Assembly (NCBI GenBank): GCA_036564925.1
Contig: DATCOB010000105.1
Coordinates: 1,075 to 65,074, forward strand
DNA: 64,000 nt
Origin: Candidatus Dormiibacterota bacterium
GTDB taxonomy: Bacteria; Chloroflexota; Dormibacteria; CF-121
Direction: 5' to 3'
Position 1 is the first letter of the stretch. Each line of letters begins with the position of its first letter. A program made the translations under genes and the position numbers. Below, one piece after another: positions 60,499 through 64,000 of the stretch. The notes below the pieces were generated by a model. It was given only the letters and a program-made list of their open reading frames with translations. It searched no databases and was not told where the DNA came from.

Positions 60499-61641
60499 GT
60501 GCCCAAGAACATGCCGCTGAGTTCGACGGAGATGCGGGACCTGTTTCCGATCGCCAGGCGCTACGCCTACCTCGACCATGCCGCGATCGCGCCGCTGGCC
60601 GCGCCCGTCCGGTCGACGATGGAGGTCTTCCTCGATCGCCAATCGGAGGAACCGTTCGAACTGGCCCACTGGGAGCGGATACGGGCCCAGGTGCGGGTGC
60701 GAGTCGGGGAGTTATTGTCGGTCGGGCCCCAGTTCATCACCTTCACCCGCAACACGACGGCCGGCCTCGGCCTCGTGGCGGCCGGCCTCGACTGGCGTGA
60801 CGGCGACAATGTGGTGGGTGTCGATGGCGAGTATCCCGCCAACATCTATCCATGGATGGGACTGAAGCGACGGGGGGTCGACCTACGCCTCTACCAGCCC
60901 GCCAACGGCCGCATCGATACGCGGGCGCTGCTCAACCTCTGCGATGCGCGCACGCGGATCGTGACCGTCAGCGCGGTGCAGTTCGGGAGCGGTTACCGTC
61001 TCGACCTCGCCGAACTGGCGACTGGCCTCAAGGGCAAGGACATCCTGCTCGTCATCGATGCCATGCAGGCGGTGGGCGGTCTCAAGTTCGATCTATCATC
61101 GACCGCCGTCGATTTTCTCTGCGCCGGGGCCCAGAAATGGCTGCTCGGGCCGAGCGGCGCCGGGTTCGCGTATGTCGGGCCGCGCATGCTCGAACGGATG
61201 AGCCCGGTGGCGATCGGGACGGAGAGCGTGGTCGCCGATCGCGAGTACTTCACGTACGACTTGACCTTGAAGCCCGACGCGCGGCGGTATGAAGATGCGG
61301 CGCCCAACTACGTCGGCATCCTGGGGATGGGCGCGGCGGTCAATCTCCTGATTCGGGCCGATCCCGTCCAGGTCGAAGCCACCGTCCTCCGGCTCGCCGA
61401 CCGGCTGCGCGACGAGCTTCCGCCACGTGGATACGCGATGGTCTTCACCCCATCCACCCCGTCCGAGCGGTCGGGGATCGTCTCATTCCGGCATCCGCGG
61501 ATCGTTCCGGCCGAGGTCCACGCGCGTCTTCGCGAGGCCGGCATCATCATCTCGCTCCGCGGCGACTTTTTGCGAGCTTCCCCCCACTACTACAACAGCG
61601 ACGCGGACATCAACCGCTTGCTGGACACGCTTCCCCAGTGA
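60499..61641 (+). CDS. Aminotransferase class V-fold PLP-dependent enzyme (cysteine desulfurase-like fold, no catalytic Cys loop)
   Basis: PLP-Lys region CAGAQKWLLGPSGAGFAY. AAT_V fold. 380 aa. Confidence 0.8.
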   Translation: MPKNMPLSSTEMRDLFPIARRYAYLDHAAIAPLAAPVRSTMEVFLDRQSEEPFELAHWERIRAQVRVRVGELLSVGPQFITFTRNTTAGLGLVAAGLDWRDGDNVVGVDGEYPANIYPWMGLKRRGVDLRLYQPANGRIDTRALLNLCDARTRIVTVSAVQFGSGYRLDLAELATGLKGKDILLVIDAMQAVGGLKFDLSSTAVDFLCAGAQKWLLGPSGAGFAYVGPRMLERMSPVAIGTESVVADREYFTYDLTLKPDARRYEDAAPNYVGILGMGAAVNLLIRADPVQVEATVLRLADRLRDELPPRGYAMVFTPSTPSERSGIVSFRHPRIVPAEVHARLREAGIIISLRGDFLRASPHYYNSDADINRLLDTLPQ

Positions 61642-62174
61642 CCTTCTGGCAACGCGCCCGGCAGGAGCTCGGCCGTGAGACACAGCCGGTCGGCACCGTC
61701 GTGAGACTGATCATCATCGAGCGCGCGGTGCGCGGCACGCTGGTTTTGATCCTGGGCATCGCGCTCTTGACCGACAGCCGGCAGATCGGACGACTCGTGC
61801 GTCGCTGGGTGGCTGAGCTCGACCTCAATCCTGAGCGCCGCCTGATTCCGAGGGCGACCGTGGCGGTGCTGCGGCCCTTCGGGCTGCTCTCCACCAGAAC
61901 GGTGATCGTCCTTGGCCTTGGGGCCGTCCTGTTCGCGGCCCTCGAGCTGACCGAAGCGGTCGGCCTGGCCCGCCGGCGCCGGTGGGCAGAATACCTGACG
62001 GTGATCGCGGGCTGCATCGGCATTCCGTTTGAGGTGAGCGAGGTCATCAACCGTCAGACGCCATTGCGGATCGGCTTCCTTGTGGCCAACATCGCCATCG
62101 TGATCTATCTGGCCTGGCAAAAGCACCTCTTCGGGCTTCGCGGCGGGATCGCGACGGAAACGGAAACCGGCTAG
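61638..62174 (+). CDS. DUF2127-like membrane protein
   Basis: 4 TM. Conserved ERAVRGTLVLILGIALL pattern. ATGA overlap with the upstream gene. Confidence 0.5.
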   Translation: MTFWQRARQELGRETQPVGTVVRLIIIERAVRGTLVLILGIALLTDSRQIGRLVRRWVAELDLNPERRLIPRATVAVLRPFGLLSTRTVIVLGLGAVLFAALELTEAVGLARRRRWAEYLTVIAGCIGIPFEVSEVINRQTPLRIGFLVANIAIVIYLAWQKHLFGLRGGIATETETG

Positions 62175-62560
62175 CGGGAGTTCCCCGAGCCGAGCGGGAT
62201 GCCGACACCCGCAACCCCGAGAGGACCGGCATGCCGGGTCAGCATTCCAACGAGAAAACCGAGCACGCGGTCCGCCGAGGGGCCCTCGGATATGGTGGCG
62301 AGCATGGCAGGCTCCGGAATGCGGAAGGCCCCCAGCGACCCCGCCCTGGCAGCCCGGCTGAACGATGCCGTCCCGGCCGGCACGAAGGTCACCTTGATCT
62401 TGGTGTACCGGTCACCGGAGTGGATCAGCGCGAACGGCGCCTTCGTTTTCACCTGCCAGGCCCGGATCTCCTCATTCTTGAGTCGGCGCTGCAGGGTCGC
62501 GATCAGCTTCTTTCCGCCGGGGTCATTGTCGAGGTAGATGGCGACGTGCATTGGTGCCAT
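62171..62560 (-). CDS. Hypothetical protein, 129 aa
   Basis: Consistent GC3 bias. N-terminal MHVAIYLDNDPGGKKLIATLQRRL. No confident family. Confidence 0.45.
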   Translation of the reverse strand: MAPMHVAIYLDNDPGGKKLIATLQRRLKNEEIRAWQVKTKAPFALIHSGDRYTKIKVTFVPAGTASFSRAARAGSLGAFRIPEPAMLATISEGPSADRVLGFLVGMLTRHAGPLGVAGVGIPLGSGNSR

Positions 62561-62571
62561 GATACCGCGAG

Positions 62572-63276
62572 TTAGGTCTTACCGAGATTTTCGAAAAACC
62601 GTCGCATGGCCGCCCGCACCGGTCGCTCCGGCACTGGCTCTTCCGCGACGGGCTGACCCCGCAGGGCGCGCAGTTCCGCCCGATTCTGCTGCCACACCAC
62701 CCACACCCGCTGCACGGCGGTGAAGTTGGTTCCCACCGCCAGCACCCAGAGCGCGATGGTGAGGGCCGAGACGCCGCGGAACTGGATGGGTTCCAGCAGC
62801 AGGCCCGCAACGATGATGACCACCCGCTCAGGCCGGGCCAGGATGCCGACATCGCAGGTGAATCCCAGGCTCTGCGCCCGGGCGCGCACGTAGCTGACCA
62901 GGAAGGAGCCGGCCAGCGCGACAAGGACCACGACCGAGCCGAGCGTGTCGTGCCGCTGCAGGAAGTAGACCAGGATCCCAAGGTACACGACGCCTTCCGA
63001 GTAGCGGTCGACGGTGGAGTCGAGGAAGGCGCCGTAGCGATAGACCTTGCCCGCGGCCCGGGCGAGGGCGCCGTCAAGGATGTCGAAGAGTCCGGCAAAG
63101 AGCAGGACCAGTCCGCCACTGAGGAAGTGTCCCGTGGCGACCAGCAACGCCCCGAACGCGGTGATCGCCAAACCAAAGAGGGTCAGCATGTTGGGCGTGA
63201 TCGGCGACTCCCTAAAGACGCCGATCGCCCGCTCGGCCCATCGGCGGATCCAGGCCTGGAATTTCTGGGTGAACAT
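62572..63276 (-). CDS. CDP-alcohol phosphatidyltransferase (phosphatidylinositol-phosphate synthase-like)
   Basis: DG(x)2AR(x)8G(x)3D(x)3D motif in DILDGALARAAGKVYRYGAFLDSTVDRYSE. 6 TM. Confidence 0.8.
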   Translation of the reverse strand: MFTQKFQAWIRRWAERAIGVFRESPITPNMLTLFGLAITAFGALLVATGHFLSGGLVLLFAGLFDILDGALARAAGKVYRYGAFLDSTVDRYSEGVVYLGILVYFLQRHDTLGSVVVLVALAGSFLVSYVRARAQSLGFTCDVGILARPERVVIIVAGLLLEPIQFRGVSALTIALWVLAVGTNFTAVQRVWVVWQQNRAELRALRGQPVAEEPVPERPVRAAMRRFFENLGKT

Positions 63277-64000
63277 CAGCCGGACCTCAGGCTGGGTTCG
63301 AGTCGCGCCTTCGGAACCGGCTTCGGCCGGCTACGGGCTTGCTGGTAGACGTCGGTGACCTGGTCGATCACCCGCTCCCAGTCGTAGCGCTGGACGGTCG
63401 TCATGGCCGCCGTGGCCAGGTCCTGGCGGAGTTGCGGCCCGTTGATCAGGGTCTCCAGCGCATAGGCCAGCTGGCGTTTGCTCTTACGGTCGACGAGGAG
63501 GGCATCGCGTCCATGGGTAACGACCCCGCGGAAGCCATCGATGTTCGTCGCAACGATCGGCTTGCCCGCTGCCATCGCCTCGAGCAGGACGATCCCGAAG
63601 CTCTCGTCGCCGGTGGCGGGGGAACAGAAAATGTCGCAACTGGCGTAATAACGCGCTTTCATTTCCTCGGGCACGTAGCCGGTCATCACGACGTCCGCGA
63701 GCTGCTTGCGAGCGAGGAAGTTGCCATACCAGCGTCGCAGCGGTCCGTCGCCCACGATCACGAGGCGCAGGTTGGGATACAGGGGCTTGAGCTGGTCGAA
63801 CGCGCGCAGCAGGTAGCCGAGGCCTTTCCGGTACTCGAGCCGGCCGACGAAAAGGATGTTGACCATCCCATCCCGCAACTCGGGTAGTGGCATCGCACCG
63901 TGGAACCGCTTGACATCGATTCCATTCGGGACGACGTTGTACTCACCCGGAAAGTAGTGCTCGACGAAGTCGCGCGCCGCATTCGAGACCGCGATCCGCG
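63276..64000 (-). CDS. Glycosyltransferase family 4 (PimA-like). The N-terminal part runs off the window end.
   Basis: GT4 C-domain (EGFGIVLLEAMAAGKPIVAT, E-x7-E). The same frame continues open upstream of the track Met to position 64000 (…RDFVEHYFPGEYNVVPNGIDVKRFHGA MPLPEL…). Confidence 0.8.
   Translation of the reverse strand, partial: RIAVSNAARDFVEHYFPGEYNVVPNGIDVKRFHGAMPLPELRDGMVNILFVGRLEYRKGLGYLLRAFDQLKPLYPNLRLVIVGDGPLRRWYGNFLARKQLADVVMTGYVPEEMKARYYASCDIFCSPATGDESFGIVLLEAMAAGKPIVATNIDGFRGVVTHGRDALLVDRKSKRQLAYALETLINGPQLRQDLATAAMTTVQRYDWERVIDQVTDVYQQARSRPKPVPKARLEPSLRSG

Noticed and set aside
60484-60669. N-terminal 62 codons of the track's 177-aa CsaA ORF
   Set aside because: This part is antisense to the start of the divergent aminotransferase gene and upstream of the conserved CsaA N-terminus. 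A TTG at 60483 gives a normal-length (115 aa) CsaA.

Overview
High-GC (about 68-70%) bacterial chromosomal window. It is densely coded with strong GC3 codon bias, many GTG/TTG starts and many 4-nt ATGA/GTGA start-stop overlaps. Markers such as tmk-darA, yvcK, an LprG-like lipoprotein plus MFS pair, a PIP-synthase-like gene plus GT4, and a Ycf45-like ATPase suggest a monoderm-type organism, possibly Chloroflexota- or Actinomycetota-like. That assignment is inference only. Most of the window is housekeeping: ssb, ychF, a lipoate ligase-like gene, selA-selB, a ROK kinase, the CCA enzyme, an NhaP antiporter, rplI-dnaB-purA, a two-component system, yvcK, ilvE, glycerate kinase, two family-5 solute-binding proteins followed by TldD/PmbA, lon, mtgA, pdxS/pdxT, tmk-darA, a MoxR/DUF58/transglutaminase triad, selD, an ECF sigma/anti-sigma pair, lspA, pepP, a Glu/Leu dehydrogenase, a CsaA-like gene, a PIP-synthase-like gene and a GT4 gene. 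The main result is that the window carries most of a selenocysteine system: selA and selB overlap at 4.6-7.8 kb, and selD at 51.7 kb is itself a selenoprotein with an in-frame TGA (SHGAGUACKI) followed by candidate SECIS hairpins. I found no tRNA-Sec. Other points worth checking are an ssb gene whose disordered tail with acidic tip appears to be encoded in a different frame just downstream, a dnaB whose conserved N-terminus lies upstream of any canonical start codon, an adenylate kinase-GNAT fusion, an ECF sigma factor fused to a complete ZAS (C...HxxxCxxC) anti-sigma motif and divergent from a SHOCT-domain protein, and three unannotated small membrane/peptide ORFs. I saw no CRISPR array, rRNA, tRNA or obvious mobile element. 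Coordinates taken from the ORF track are exact; coordinates I derived by hand may be off by 1-2 nt.
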